Below are positions 28,987 through 38,705 of a DNA stretch of 64,000 bases, piece by piece. The position numbers and the translations under genes are program-made. The stretch is from Candidatus Altiarchaeales archaeon. GTDB taxonomy: Archaea > Altiarchaeota > Altiarchaeia > IMC4 > SCGC-AAA252-I15. Below the pieces are notes generated by a model. That model ran no database searches. It saw only the letters and a program-made list of their open reading frames with translations, and was not told the origin of the DNA. Each line of letters begins with the position of its first letter. Position 1 is the first letter of the stretch. Where the stretch lies: assembly GCA_014727915.1 (NCBI GenBank), contig WJMO01000006.1:1-64000 (forward strand), written 5' to 3'.

Positions 28987-30873
28987 TTAATCGTCAAGCC
29001 ACGCCAGGGCGCGTGAAACGGGGAAGTAAAGTGCAACCGTAAGCAGGACATCCAGGAGGCGGATCCTGTTCATCACATGGGGGAGGCACTCGAACTCCTC
29101 GGGCATATCGCAGCTGCGCATCTGAAAAGGCAGGTTGTTCATCCTCATGACATCAGCGACCGAAAGATAGGGGTTCTTGCCCTTGCTGCAGAAGTAGTCA
29201 TGGCGGATGTTGTAGTATTCGGTCATGTTAGAGAGCATCAAGGCACAGTCCCGAGAATCCCGGAACAACAGCGAAGTATGATGCCTTCCCTCCCCTATGT
29301 AGTAGAAGTCGGGGGCGAACACCACGCAGAAGTTCTCGGACAGGTATTCGGGGATCTGGAATGTGATCCTCGCCACACTCGTCCATGTGGGAGGGCCGAC
29401 CACGATCATCGAATACTTCCCGGAGAGTATGTCGTTCTTGATGACCTTCTCCTCAGGAGTCAAAGGCTCCTCATATGCGCGGGCATAGTCGACCGTCAGG
29501 TTCAGCCTCTCCCTCAGGTTCGGAGTCCACAGCGGGTCCTCGTAGCTGGGGAACCCCCTGCTGCCAGAGGGGATTATGACTACCTGGCCGGGGTCAACGG
29601 AGACATCGTACCTTTCGAACGGCAGGAGCTCCGGGTCTGCCGTCTCGGTCAGGACTAGCCCATCCTGTGGGGGGACGAACCTGAAGGCGTATTCAACATC
29701 CTCGCGCAATTCCTTGCACCCCATGTAAGTGTCCCACCTCGTCAAGGTGACGAATGGGCTGCTCGAAACCGCGATCGGGCTGCCAGGCAGCTCAACGCTG
29801 TATATGGAGGGATAGACGAGGGTTACCAGGAATAACAGGGAGAATATCCTCCTTGATCTCTTCCACACGACCATATACGAAGCCACGAGGAAAGGATATG
29901 CTGGGAGCATGTAATGGGAGCCTATCCGAAGGCCGCCATAGTGGAGGATGAACAGGAGTCCGTAGGCCACAAGCGAAAACTGAGTCATCACATAGACGAT
30001 CGTGTCCCTCCCGAAAAAGCCCTTCAAAAGGCAGTAGGAAAGCAGAAGCACAACAGTCACTCCAGCCACCACATCGATCATCCGAAGGGAGATCAACTTG
30101 CCCAAACCCCACATGAGGTCGGAGCTCACCAGCATCTGATGCCCTGAGACCACATAGTCGAACATGTTAGGATAGACGCCTGAAAGCATGAGATACGAGA
30201 ACACGACGGTGGAAAGGGAGATCCCAGGTTCCAGGAACGCCCCGGGACCACCGCGAAAAACAAGCTTCGACTCCAGCCCAGGACGCCGAACAAACTCAAA
30301 GCCCTCCAATGCCATGAAGAGGGCTATGGCTATCAGGACAGGCAATAGGGTGGTCATCTTCGTGAAGACCGCGAGGGAGAACAGAAACCCTGAGGGCAGA
30401 CCCCTGAACCTCCGCCTGCCATGGTATAGGAGGTAAACCCCGCATATGTAAAAGCAGGTGGCGAGCGTGGACGTGACGAAGGACATGAACCTGTATACCA
30501 TCAGCAGGTAGAGGAGCGTGTAGAGGAAGTCGTGGCTGACCCCACGCCGGGAGAGCATGTCACGCACCAGCACGTAGATGACAACATTAGCGGCGACCGT
30601 CATCAGGGAGAGGAAGTAGAGGAGATGGCCGCTACCTAGCAGGTTGGAGACAGCGTAGCCTATGTAGTATATCACCGGACCCTGGGCACAGTAGGGCTGA
30701 CCACCGTATAATGTCCCTTCTCCGATGTAGTCCACACAGACCCAGTAGCCGCCGCCGCCGACCGTGTAATCGGATATGATCCTGGGCATGAAATACCAGG
30801 TCAGGGACAAAGCCATGGAAACCAGCAGACCCAACGCCAGAATCTGGCGCCTACCACCCAAAAACACCCTCAT
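28987..30873 (-). CDS. Multi-pass membrane protein, probable GT-C glycosyltransferase
   Basis: Many TM helices, QGPV..Y loop, LAVFTK motif, extracellular C-terminal domain. Confidence 0.6.
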   Translation of the reverse strand: MRVFLGGRRQILALGLLVSMALSLTWYFMPRIISDYTVGGGGYWVCVDYIGEGTLYGGQPYCAQGPVIYYIGYAVSNLLGSGHLLYFLSLMTVAANVVIYVLVRDMLSRRGVSHDFLYTLLYLLMVYRFMSFVTSTLATCFYICGVYLLYHGRRRFRGLPSGFLFSLAVFTKMTTLLPVLIAIALFMALEGFEFVRRPGLESKLVFRGGPGAFLEPGISLSTVVFSYLMLSGVYPNMFDYVVSGHQMLVSSDLMWGLGKLISLRMIDVVAGVTVVLLLSYCLLKGFFGRDTIVYVMTQFSLVAYGLLFILHYGGLRIGSHYMLPAYPFLVASYMVVWKRSRRIFSLLFLVTLVYPSIYSVELPGSPIAVSSSPFVTLTRWDTYMGCKELREDVEYAFRFVPPQDGLVLTETADPELLPFERYDVSVDPGQVVIIPSGSRGFPSYEDPLWTPNLRERLNLTVDYARAYEEPLTPEEKVIKNDILSGKYSMIVVGPPTWTSVARITFQIPEYLSENFCVVFAPDFYYIGEGRHHTSLLFRDSRDCALMLSNMTEYYNIRHDYFCSKGKNPYLSVADVMRMNNLPFQMRSCDMPEEFECLPHVMNRIRLLDVLLTVALYFPVSRALAWLDD

Positions 30874-31111
30874 AAGAGAAGAATATGTGAAAAGTTTTAT
30901 ATTAAGCTAACCCCTATATATTCCAGGAAAAAAGACATTGCTGGTCCCACGCAGCTGAGAGCATGCTCTCAGAAACGCGCAGAGAGCCCTGCTCTCATAC
31001 GCGTGGCTCAGCCTCAACGTCTCTCTCCGTTTACAAGCGGGACGAATGAAGGGATCTGCTGGCGCATATCCCCCTTATGCACCACCACGGTGGGAAGACA
31101 TTTTTTAAATT

Positions 31112-31186
31112 GGTCCCATGGCTCAGCCTGGTTAGAGCGTTCGACTGATAATCGAAAGGTCTCGAGTTCAAATCTCGATGGGACCA
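31112..31186 (+). tRNA. tRNA-Ile(GAT)
   Basis: GGTCCCATGGCTCAGCCTGGTTAGAGCGTTCGACTGATAATCGAAAGGTCTCGAGTTCAAATCTCGATGGGACCA cloverleaf; anticodon arm TTCGA-CT-GAT-AA-TCGAA. Confidence 0.96.
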
Positions 31187-31245
31187 AAAGCCCATAATAG
31201 ATGGCCTATTTGTTCCAGCATGAGAAGAAAGCCGAAGGCTTTCGG

Positions 31246-31288
31246 AATCTCGATGGGACCGCAGGAAAACTCAGGTCCCGAGTTCAAA
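31246..31288 (+). repeat. Two tRNA-Ile-derived fragments downstream of the tRNA
   Basis: 31246-31260 AATCTCGATGGGACC is identical to tRNA 31171-31185; 31273-31288 AGGTCCCGAGTTCAAA matches tRNA 31157-31172 at 15/16. Confidence 0.8.
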
Positions 31289-31563
31289 GGCTCTTGGCGC
31301 GCCGAAAGAGGCGGAGCCTCTTCCGAGCGTCTCAAGGGGAGCACATATTATTTTTTTTCCTGTACTCAAGCCAAAATAGTATTCTTTTTATAGTATTCAC
31401 ATATTCTATTTGGCTATGGATTCCCGCTGGACTAGGGAAGCGGCTGCCGCATTTGTCGTTTTTTCGCTGGCCCTATTCCTAAAGATTGTTCTAAACCCGT
31501 GAATAAAGGTTTCACATGGGAAATCGAAAGATTTATATACTAGTGTTGCTTTATTATTGGGTC

Positions 31564-32052
31564 ATGGCCAAGGGAATTGACGTGAAGGACGGCGCATTGT
31601 GCGAGGCTTTAGGAGAGGACAGCGCCGAGATCATAAGGGTAATAGACGCCCCCATGGAGGACAAGGACATAAGCAGGGAGTTGGACTTTGAGACCTCCAG
31701 GGTTAGGTCGTGCCTTAACGAATTGCTCGTGAAGAACCTGGTGCAGTTGAACAGGAAAAGGCTGGACACAGGCTACTGCCATTACAGGTGGGTTCGGCGC
31801 GAAGACAAGATAAGGGAATACGTTGACACATACGTGAGCAAGAGGATAAAGAAGTTGAACGGCATGCTACCGGACTCTGAGGACATTGTTTTCGAATGCG
31901 GTTGCAGCCGGATCGACTACGGCAGGGCGATAGACCAGGGCTTCAGCTGCCCGGACTGCGGTAAGACATTGAAGCAGATAAGCTCCGGAAAGGGAAGCCG
32001 GAAGATAAAGTCCGAGCTGAAGAGGCTTGAATCGCTCAGGAACGCCTCATAG
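31564..32052 (+). CDS. tfe: Transcription factor E (TFE alpha)
   Basis: N-terminal wHTH (VRSCLNEL...TGYCHYRW) followed by Zn ribbon FECGC...FSCPDCG. Confidence 0.85.
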   Translation: MAKGIDVKDGALCEALGEDSAEIIRVIDAPMEDKDISRELDFETSRVRSCLNELLVKNLVQLNRKRLDTGYCHYRWVRREDKIREYVDTYVSKRIKKLNGMLPDSEDIVFECGCSRIDYGRAIDQGFSCPDCGKTLKQISSGKGSRKIKSELKRLESLRNAS

Positions 32053-32379
32053 GATCTCCCTTGCTTTTCTCAAAGTTCCCGACGTCTTAACCGTGTTGAT
32101 GATGGCCTTCTGCCGTCTTATCTCCTTCACAACAGCCATGCTGGACTTCAGCACGTCCACGCTGGAGTGGTTAACCTTCAATATCCCGCGCTTCTTCTCA
32201 GGGTCGTAGTCCATGACCCACATCGACGTCCTGGAGGCTCCGAGCTCGCCGTGCAGGCGTAGCAGAGAACCCCAGACAGCGTCGACAACAGACTTCCTGT
32301 CGGGTTTGGAATCGGAAATTACCTCGAACACTATGTACCTGTTTCTCTCTCTCAATGTCGGCTTCAGCGGTTTGGGCAT
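32047..32379 (-). CDS. rnp2: RNase P protein component 2 (Pop5/Rpp14)
   Basis: PTLRERNRYIVFEV, GELG and TSGTLRKA motifs. Confidence 0.93.
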   Translation of the reverse strand: MPKPLKPTLRERNRYIVFEVISDSKPDRKSVVDAVWGSLLRLHGELGASRTSMWVMDYDPEKKRGILKVNHSSVDVLKSSMAVVKEIRRQKAIINTVKTSGTLRKAREIL

Positions 32380-32382
32380 CTT

Positions 32383-33366
32383 TCAGTTCAGGTAAACGTA
32401 GAATAGGCTGTAACCTCCGTTTATGAAGTGGCTGCGGTCGAAGAAGCCGCCTATCACAAGCCCATGATCCGGGGCGTAGGTCAGCTTACCCTCCCGGACC
32501 TCGGTCTTGTGGGGAACCTCCCATGTGGGCCCGACTATCTGCACGCGGGCGCCGTTGTCAATCCTGTTCAGCATGCGTATCGTGTACCCATTGTATGTTC
32601 GTTCGCACATCTCACTGCCCAATTGCGTGCAAGACAACCCGCCTATTGTGAGCAGAGAGGCCTGCTCCGGTATGGAGTAGAGGTCCTCCTTGTTTATCTT
32701 CATGTAGATGGTCGGCTGGTCCGGGGCGTCGTCGTAGTCTATCACCTTGAACCGCAGGTAGTCGACGAAGCTCTCGCCGGTCGAGAGGGGCCTCCGGTCC
32801 TCTATGCCATCCGGGGTTTCGATCTCAACATAGTATTTCAGCTGGTCTCCAGTGCCGGTCTTCTCGTCCAAGCGGAACTTGTATCCAGTGGTCTTGAACT
32901 CCCTCCAAGCGCCCTTGAGCTTGAAAACCTCGCACTCGTCCGAGCACGGCCCCCCGCAGTCGATGTATTCCTCGCCCTGGTTCCGGACGCCGTCAGCGCA
33001 TGAGGCCGCAGCCAATGTGGTGGTGGGAGCGAGGGTAGTGGGGGTCAAGGTCGTGGTGGGAGAGATCGTGGAGGGCGCGGACCCGGGTGTGGTAGGCGTG
33101 GACGTTAGGGTTGTCGCAGTTGCCGCGACCGTCGGGTTAGTTGGCGCCATTGTCGTTGCAGGCGTCTCCTGGCTGTCGCATATGCTGTTGTCGTTCCGGT
33201 CCAGGCAACATTCACTCCCAACCTGGATGTAAGGCGGGGTACAGTATTCTCCGTCATCGCCGTCGGACGACCCCATGCCGGGAAGGCCGCCTCCGCAGCA
33301 GATGCAACCAGACAACATCCCAAAAAGTGCTAAAACAATGATTAAACGCATGAGAATCATATACAT
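32383..33366 (-). CDS. Thr-rich, Cys-motif surface lipoprotein
   Basis: LSGCICC lipobox-like, CTPPYIQVGSECCLDRNDNSICD, Thr-rich stalk, CADGVRNQGEEYIDCGGPC module. Confidence 0.75.
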   Translation of the reverse strand: MYMILMRLIIVLALFGMLSGCICCGGGLPGMGSSDGDDGEYCTPPYIQVGSECCLDRNDNSICDSQETPATTMAPTNPTVAATATTLTSTPTTPGSAPSTISPTTTLTPTTLAPTTTLAAASCADGVRNQGEEYIDCGGPCSDECEVFKLKGAWREFKTTGYKFRLDEKTGTGDQLKYYVEIETPDGIEDRRPLSTGESFVDYLRFKVIDYDDAPDQPTIYMKINKEDLYSIPEQASLLTIGGLSCTQLGSEMCERTYNGYTIRMLNRIDNGARVQIVGPTWEVPHKTEVREGKLTYAPDHGLVIGGFFDRSHFINGGYSLFYVYLN

Positions 33367-33441
33367 ATGGAAGTTCCGGCTTTAAAATATGAGTTGGGGG
33401 ATTCGTATTTATATGGTGGACTACATAATATTGGTTTTAGG

Positions 33442-34683
33442 ATGGTTGGAGTGCCTGGCGGAAAACTACTCATAAAAAACGCAGCAACCCCCCATTCCCG
33501 GTCTACAACGGACATACTCGTGGAAGACGGGGCGATATCAGCCGTGGGAACCCTTGAGGGCGAGGGAATGGACGTCGGAGGCAGGCTTGTAATGCCCGGA
33601 TTCGTGAACGTTCACACCCACCTGGACAAGGCGGACCTGCTTTCGAAGATGAGCCCCGACCAGTACGGGAAGTCCCTGGAGGAGAACCGGGAGCTACTGA
33701 AAGCCTTAAAGAAAAACTATAGGGTGGAGGAGATAAGAGAGCGAGCTGGAAGGGTGATAGACGAGTTCATCGCCAACGGCGTGACAGCCATCAGAACACA
33801 GGTGGACGTCGACGCAACCGGCGGTCTGAAGCCCTTGGAAGCATTGACCCAGCTCAGGGATGCTTCAAGAGCGGAGCTTCAAATCTGCGCGTTCCCCCAG
33901 GAGGGTGTTCTGAGGGAGGATTGCCTGGGCCGTGTAGAGGACGCCCTGAAGTCCGGCGCGGACCTTCTGGGAGGCCTTCCCCTGGTGGAGAAGACGCGGG
34001 AGGAGCAGCTGCAGCACATCGAAGTTCTATGCGAGCTGGCCGTTAAACACGATGTGGACCTGGAGGTGCAGGTTGACGAGAGCAACAACCCCGAGGACTT
34101 CCTATTGCCGGTGCTCGCGGAGAAGACGATAGAGTATGGGCTGCAGGGCAGGGTTAGCGCGACACACTGCATCTCGCTCTCCGCAGTCGATGATAAGATC
34201 GCGCAGGAGACTATCAGGCTGGTCAAGGAGGCCATGATGAACGTGATAGTCACTCCCAGCGCCAACATGATAACCAGGTTCGACACGGCAGACGACGTTC
34301 ACAGCAGGGCAAGCAACAGCATAACACGAGTGAAGGAGCTGTTAGCGGCGGGAGTGAACGTGGCTGTTGGGACGGACAACATACGCGACATATTCTACCC
34401 TTTGGGGAACTGCAGCATGCTAAGGGAGTTGCATGTGCTCGCATCAGCCACGAGGATGACTGGGGAGGAGGATCCCGTGAGGCTGCTGGGCATGGGCTCA
34501 GCCAATGGGGCGAGCATAATGGGCTTGAACTACGGGCTGGAGAAGGGATGCACTGGGGACCTGATAGTCTTGAACGCCAGGAACGCGAGGGAAGCTCTAA
34601 ACACGACGCCTGTGATACCATATGTAATAAAGGGAGGGCATGTCGTTTGCGAATCAGTTCATGAGGTGGAACATGGAGGATAA
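33442..34683 (+). CDS. Cytosine deaminase-like amidohydrolase
   Basis: PGFVNVHTHLDK, AFPQEG, ATHC and GTDN motifs; CodA-like. Confidence 0.85.
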   Translation: MVGVPGGKLLIKNAATPHSRSTTDILVEDGAISAVGTLEGEGMDVGGRLVMPGFVNVHTHLDKADLLSKMSPDQYGKSLEENRELLKALKKNYRVEEIRERAGRVIDEFIANGVTAIRTQVDVDATGGLKPLEALTQLRDASRAELQICAFPQEGVLREDCLGRVEDALKSGADLLGGLPLVEKTREEQLQHIEVLCELAVKHDVDLEVQVDESNNPEDFLLPVLAEKTIEYGLQGRVSATHCISLSAVDDKIAQETIRLVKEAMMNVIVTPSANMITRFDTADDVHSRASNSITRVKELLAAGVNVAVGTDNIRDIFYPLGNCSMLRELHVLASATRMTGEEDPVRLLGMGSANGASIMGLNYGLEKGCTGDLIVLNARNAREALNTTPVIPYVIKGGHVVCESVHEVEHGG

Positions 34684-35581
34684 GGGATTGGACAGTCTTT
34701 TGAAGGAATCATATGACCTGCACTTCCACATAGGCCCGGACATACTGCCAAGGAAGCACACGGTAGAAGACCTTGTGAAGGCCGAAGAGGGCAGGATAAA
34801 GGGCATCGCGTTGAAGAGCCATAGCTTCCCAACCATAGCCTTGATAAACGGGATAGAGGACCATATGGGGCTTGACCTCGTTGGTTCGGTAACGTTGAAC
34901 TATTTCATGGGCGGCTTCAACGAGTCGGCCATATACGCCAGCTCTGTGATGAGCCGTGACCTGCCCATAATCGTCTGGTTCCCCACCGTGCATGCCGAGA
35001 ACCATCTGATACAGAACAAGAGCGACTATGAGATACCCCCGGAGTGGGTGAAGGACCCGTCGTTCAAGCCGAGGCCCAAGACAGACCTGAAGGCCATAAA
35101 GGTGACGAACTGGGCGGGTAAGCTGATAAGGAAGGCCAACAACTGCCTTAACACGATGGCTGAGAACGAGTGCATACTCGCGACAGGCCACGTATCCTGG
35201 AGGGAGGCGGAGCGCCTCGCCGAGGAGGCGTTGGACAGGGGCATCACCACGATAATCACACACCCCATGCAGAGGGATATCGCGATGCCCTTGGAGAAGC
35301 AGGTCGAGTTGGCAGGTAAGGGAGCGTATATCGAATACTGTTACATCATGTACCTGGACCGGGACAACCCCGGGGACTACCCAGTGGAGGAGCAGGTGAA
35401 TGCCGTAGAGGAGATAGGAACAGACAATGTGGTCCTGACCTCGGATGCTGGGCAGAACAAGAACCCCGGCGCCAGCCAGAGCATGAGAGATTTTGTGAAA
35501 CTGCTCGGGGATAAGGGCCTGGGGGAGAAGGACTTCAGGAGGATGATAGTGGAAAACCCCAGGAAGATACTGGGGTTGTGA
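34673..35581 (+). CDS. Metal-dependent TIM-barrel hydrolase (DUF6282/phosphotriesterase-like)
   Basis: DLHFHIGPD, LKSH, ATGH, ITHP, TSDAGQ and ENPRKILG. Confidence 0.75.
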   Translation: MEDKGLDSLLKESYDLHFHIGPDILPRKHTVEDLVKAEEGRIKGIALKSHSFPTIALINGIEDHMGLDLVGSVTLNYFMGGFNESAIYASSVMSRDLPIIVWFPTVHAENHLIQNKSDYEIPPEWVKDPSFKPRPKTDLKAIKVTNWAGKLIRKANNCLNTMAENECILATGHVSWREAERLAEEALDRGITTIITHPMQRDIAMPLEKQVELAGKGAYIEYCYIMYLDRDNPGDYPVEEQVNAVEEIGTDNVVLTSDAGQNKNPGASQSMRDFVKLLGDKGLGEKDFRRMIVENPRKILGL

Positions 35582-35625
35582 AAACACGGGAAAGACAGGC
35601 AAACACTTGGCTTTCCTTAGTTATT

Positions 35626-36099
35626 CTACTGCTTGAATGTTTCACGCCTTCTGAGGACATCCTCGAGCACCTCAACGTCACCGTAGCTCAGCATGACCTT
35701 GGAATCAGAGGTCGTGGGCATGGTAGCCGCCCTTTCCATCCCCGGGTTGGCTGCCCTCTTTTCCTCGTAGCTGGAGGACTTCAACCTCCCGAACTCCTCC
35801 GCTGCGAGAGCGAGTATCGCAGCGTTGGAACCGGTGGATTCAAGATAGCCTATGGTCCTACCCGCGAGTTCCCGCCCTCCAGAACCCATTCCCTCGAGCT
35901 TGCCCGGATCGAGGAGAGTATCCTGTGAAAGCACGTATTTTGTATAAGGATGTGAGACGCCATGGACGATGCAGTCGGTTGCCGCAGCCTTCAGACCAGG
36001 CGACATCCTGACCTTGGATGCTTCTACCTCCTGGGGGTCTGGCAGCGTCTGCAGGGTTACGAGCCTGTGTGGTGGAACACCAGCGGTTTTGTTATTCAC
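35626..36099 (-). CDS. Hypothetical protein
   Basis: Fills the gap downstream of pyrF on the same strand; no motif. Confidence 0.5.
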   Translation of the reverse strand: MNNKTAGVPPHRLVTLQTLPDPQEVEASKVRMSPGLKAAATDCIVHGVSHPYTKYVLSQDTLLDPGKLEGMGSGGRELAGRTIGYLESTGSNAAILALAAEEFGRLKSSSYEEKRAANPGMERAATMPTTSDSKVMLSYGDVEVLEDVLRRRETFKQ

Positions 36100-36138
36100 T
36101 GTATAGGATATAAGGCAAGCCAGAGTATAAAATGGAAA

Positions 36139-36942
36139 CTATCTGACCTGCATTCGTTCGTTGTACTGTTGAGCCGCCCTCCCGGGGTTGTCGTTGTAGA
36201 TTATGTTCCTGCCGACGTTTATGATTATGTTCTTGCCCGCGTTCTGGAGTATCTTCTTAGCGTCCCCCCCCTGGCTGCCGACGCCTGGGAAGAGCATTAT
36301 AGTGTCATCGCCGACTGACTTCCTTATCTTCTGTATGTCAACCTCCCGTATGTGGGACGTGGCTCCCACAACGACGCCGTCGGACCGCGCGGACTTTACG
36401 TCCTCGGCGACCCTTACGAACAATGGCGTCTGGTTGAACCTGGTCTTCTTCTGGAAGCCCTCAGCCTCCGGGTTGCTCATGAGGTCCAACACGATGATGC
36501 CCAGCTCACGGTGGTGTGCCATGTCAGTAGCCTCCCTTATGTTGCCCGCGTAGGGGCTGAAGGTGATCGCATCGAATCCGCACTTCTGAGCCCAGTAGAA
36601 CGCGCTGTCGTTTGTTGACCCGATGTCCCCCAGTTTATGGTCGAGTATGGACAGAAGCCCATAGCTGTGTATCAGCTGGTTCAGGCTCTCCAGCTTGTTA
36701 TAGCTCAATGCGAAGAGCATATACTGTGAGTTAATCTTCACTGCACAGCAGTTCTCCTGGACAGAATCCACTACTTCCATGCTGAACTGCATCAGCACAT
36801 CGCCGAGGTCGCCCGGGTACTGTTTCTTGATGACATCAGACCTCCGCTGATCGGGCAGCGCAGGATCCAATCCAACGCACAATACGCTGCTCTTCTCATC
36901 CCTCGCCCTAACATACTCGTCTATGAAACCCATAATCGCCAC
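36139..36942 (-). CDS. pyrF: Orotidine-5'-phosphate decarboxylase
   Basis: LCVGLDP, DHKLGDIGST, VVGAT and PGVGSQGG. Confidence 0.95.
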   Translation of the reverse strand: MAIMGFIDEYVRARDEKSSVLCVGLDPALPDQRRSDVIKKQYPGDLGDVLMQFSMEVVDSVQENCCAVKINSQYMLFALSYNKLESLNQLIHSYGLLSILDHKLGDIGSTNDSAFYWAQKCGFDAITFSPYAGNIREATDMAHHRELGIIVLDLMSNPEAEGFQKKTRFNQTPLFVRVAEDVKSARSDGVVVGATSHIREVDIQKIRKSVGDDTIMLFPGVGSQGGDAKKILQNAGKNIIINVGRNIIYNDNPGRAAQQYNERMQVR

Positions 36943-36987
36943 ATCCTCTTATATCCAATATGATTCAGGTTTAGTAAAGTTATGGTT

Positions 36988-37761
36988 TCAGCATCCACCT
37001 TCGAACCTCCTCTTGGACCCTGAAGCATCCCTCGAATAAACCCCGAATTCGGTGTCCTTAAGCTCCGAACCCCTGAAGACCGGGCCTTCCTTGCAGACGC
37101 GCATACCAGCAAGCGAGCAGGAACCACATATGCCGATCCCGCACTTCATGTACCTCTCAAGCGACAGCTGACATGGGACTCCCTCACTGGCGCACAGGTC
37201 CATGACCTTCTTCATCATCACCTCGGGGCCGCAGGCATACACGCAGCTGAAACGCTCGGCATCAAGTAGGGATGCCAACAGCCGGTCCGGGAAAGACTTC
37301 TCCCCTGCGGACCCGTCATCCGTCGCAATGCGAACCTGGAAACCACTTTCTCTGAACTCGTCCGCGAACAGCAGCTCATCCTCCGTCCTGGCCGATACTA
37401 TGGCATGGCCCTTCAGCTTGTCCTTCAGCGGCCTCAGCGGGGCTACCCCGCAGCCTCCCCCTACGAGGCAGACGTTCCCAGCCACATACTCGAAGCCCCT
37501 GCCATAGGGGCCCCTGAAACCGACAGAATCCCCCCTGCCAAGCATGAAAAGATGAGAAGTGAACGTGCCCACCTTCTTGACCGTGACTGCGACCTTACCG
37601 GACACGTTGCTGAAACTCATGGGCTTCTCGTTCACGCCCGGGATCCACAGCATGCAGAACTGGCCCGGCTTTGCATCGACCTCCACGTCCAATGTGAAGG
37701 TCCGGTGCATGCCTGAGTGGATCTCAACGTCCAGGATCCCGACCATCTCAGGCCTATCCAT
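36988..37761 (-). CDS. pyrK: Dihydroorotate dehydrogenase electron transfer subunit
   Basis: PGQF, RGPYGRGF, GGGCGVAP, CGPEVM and MKCGIGICGSC...VC motifs. Confidence 0.93.
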   Translation of the reverse strand: MDRPEMVGILDVEIHSGMHRTFTLDVEVDAKPGQFCMLWIPGVNEKPMSFSNVSGKVAVTVKKVGTFTSHLFMLGRGDSVGFRGPYGRGFEYVAGNVCLVGGGCGVAPLRPLKDKLKGHAIVSARTEDELLFADEFRESGFQVRIATDDGSAGEKSFPDRLLASLLDAERFSCVYACGPEVMMKKVMDLCASEGVPCQLSLERYMKCGIGICGSCSLAGMRVCKEGPVFRGSELKDTEFGVYSRDASGSKRRFEGGC

Positions 37762-38674
37762 GGGCCACCCCGACAAGTTCTCTGAGCTTCTGGACTCCAC
37801 GGCGTTTCATGAACTCCTCAATCTCCCTGCTGACCTCCCGGAAGACGTTAAGGCCTTGGTAGTATACGCCAGTGCCTATCCCAACAGCTGACGCGCCGGC
37901 CATTATCATCTCGACCGCGTCCAAGCCCTTAGCAACCCCACCTGTCCCTATCACCGGGACCTTGCCGCGTGTGGCCTCGTAGACGTCGTAGACGCACCTG
38001 ACCGCGATGGGCTTGACTATGGGACCGCTCATACCCCCGACTTTGAAGTCCAACACTGGCTTGCCAGATTTTGTCTCTATGACCATCCCCGGGCCGAGGG
38101 AGTTGCCCATGTTCAACGCCTTGGCCCCGGCCTTCACCGCTGACTTCGCGATCTCCCCCAGGTCCAGGGAGTTGGGAGACATCTTAACTATGACGGGCAG
38201 CTTCGCCTTGCTGCACACCCTTTTGGTGATCTCGAACGTAGCTTCTGGAGTTCCCTGGCCGGCGAGCAATCCTAGGCCTGGAGTGTGCGGGCATGAGAGG
38301 GCAAGCTCTATCGCGGAGAACTCCAGGGCGGACATCTCCTCCGCCAGGTAGGTGAATCCCTCCGCATCCTCTGCGACTATGCTGGCTATCACAGGCACTC
38401 CGACCGACGATACCGCGGCGAACTCCAGCTTCGCATTCTCCAACCCCATGTTGCAGTATCCGATCGCGTTCAGGAAGCCGCCCTCAACCTCCACCACTGT
38501 CGGGTTGGGGTGTCCGGATTTCGGGTCCTTGGATATTGACTTTATCGTTACAGCGCCGGCGCCGGAGTCGGCGACCTTCTTCAAAGAGGCCTTGTCGGAG
38601 CCCATTATCCCCGAAGCCAGGATTGTGGGGTTCTTAAGGCGGATTCCAGCCAGTTCCACGGAAAGGTCGGCCAT
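37754..38674 (-). CDS. pyrD: Dihydroorotate dehydrogenase B, catalytic subunit
   Basis: LKNPTILASG, SCPH, GGMSGP and IGTGGV; true start MADLSVEL at 38674. Confidence 0.94.
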   Translation of the reverse strand: MADLSVELAGIRLKNPTILASGIMGSDKASLKKVADSGAGAVTIKSISKDPKSGHPNPTVVEVEGGFLNAIGYCNMGLENAKLEFAAVSSVGVPVIASIVAEDAEGFTYLAEEMSALEFSAIELALSCPHTPGLGLLAGQGTPEATFEITKRVCSKAKLPVIVKMSPNSLDLGEIAKSAVKAGAKALNMGNSLGPGMVIETKSGKPVLDFKVGGMSGPIVKPIAVRCVYDVYEATRGKVPVIGTGGVAKGLDAVEMIMAGASAVGIGTGVYYQGLNVFREVSREIEEFMKRRGVQKLRELVGVAHG

Positions 38675-38705
38675 GCTGTAACCTATTACCATAGGATTAA
38701 TATTA

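Noticed and set aside
31003-31482. Short ORFs around tRNA-Ile
   Set aside because: They overlap the tRNA, its duplicated fragments and AT-rich promoter DNA.
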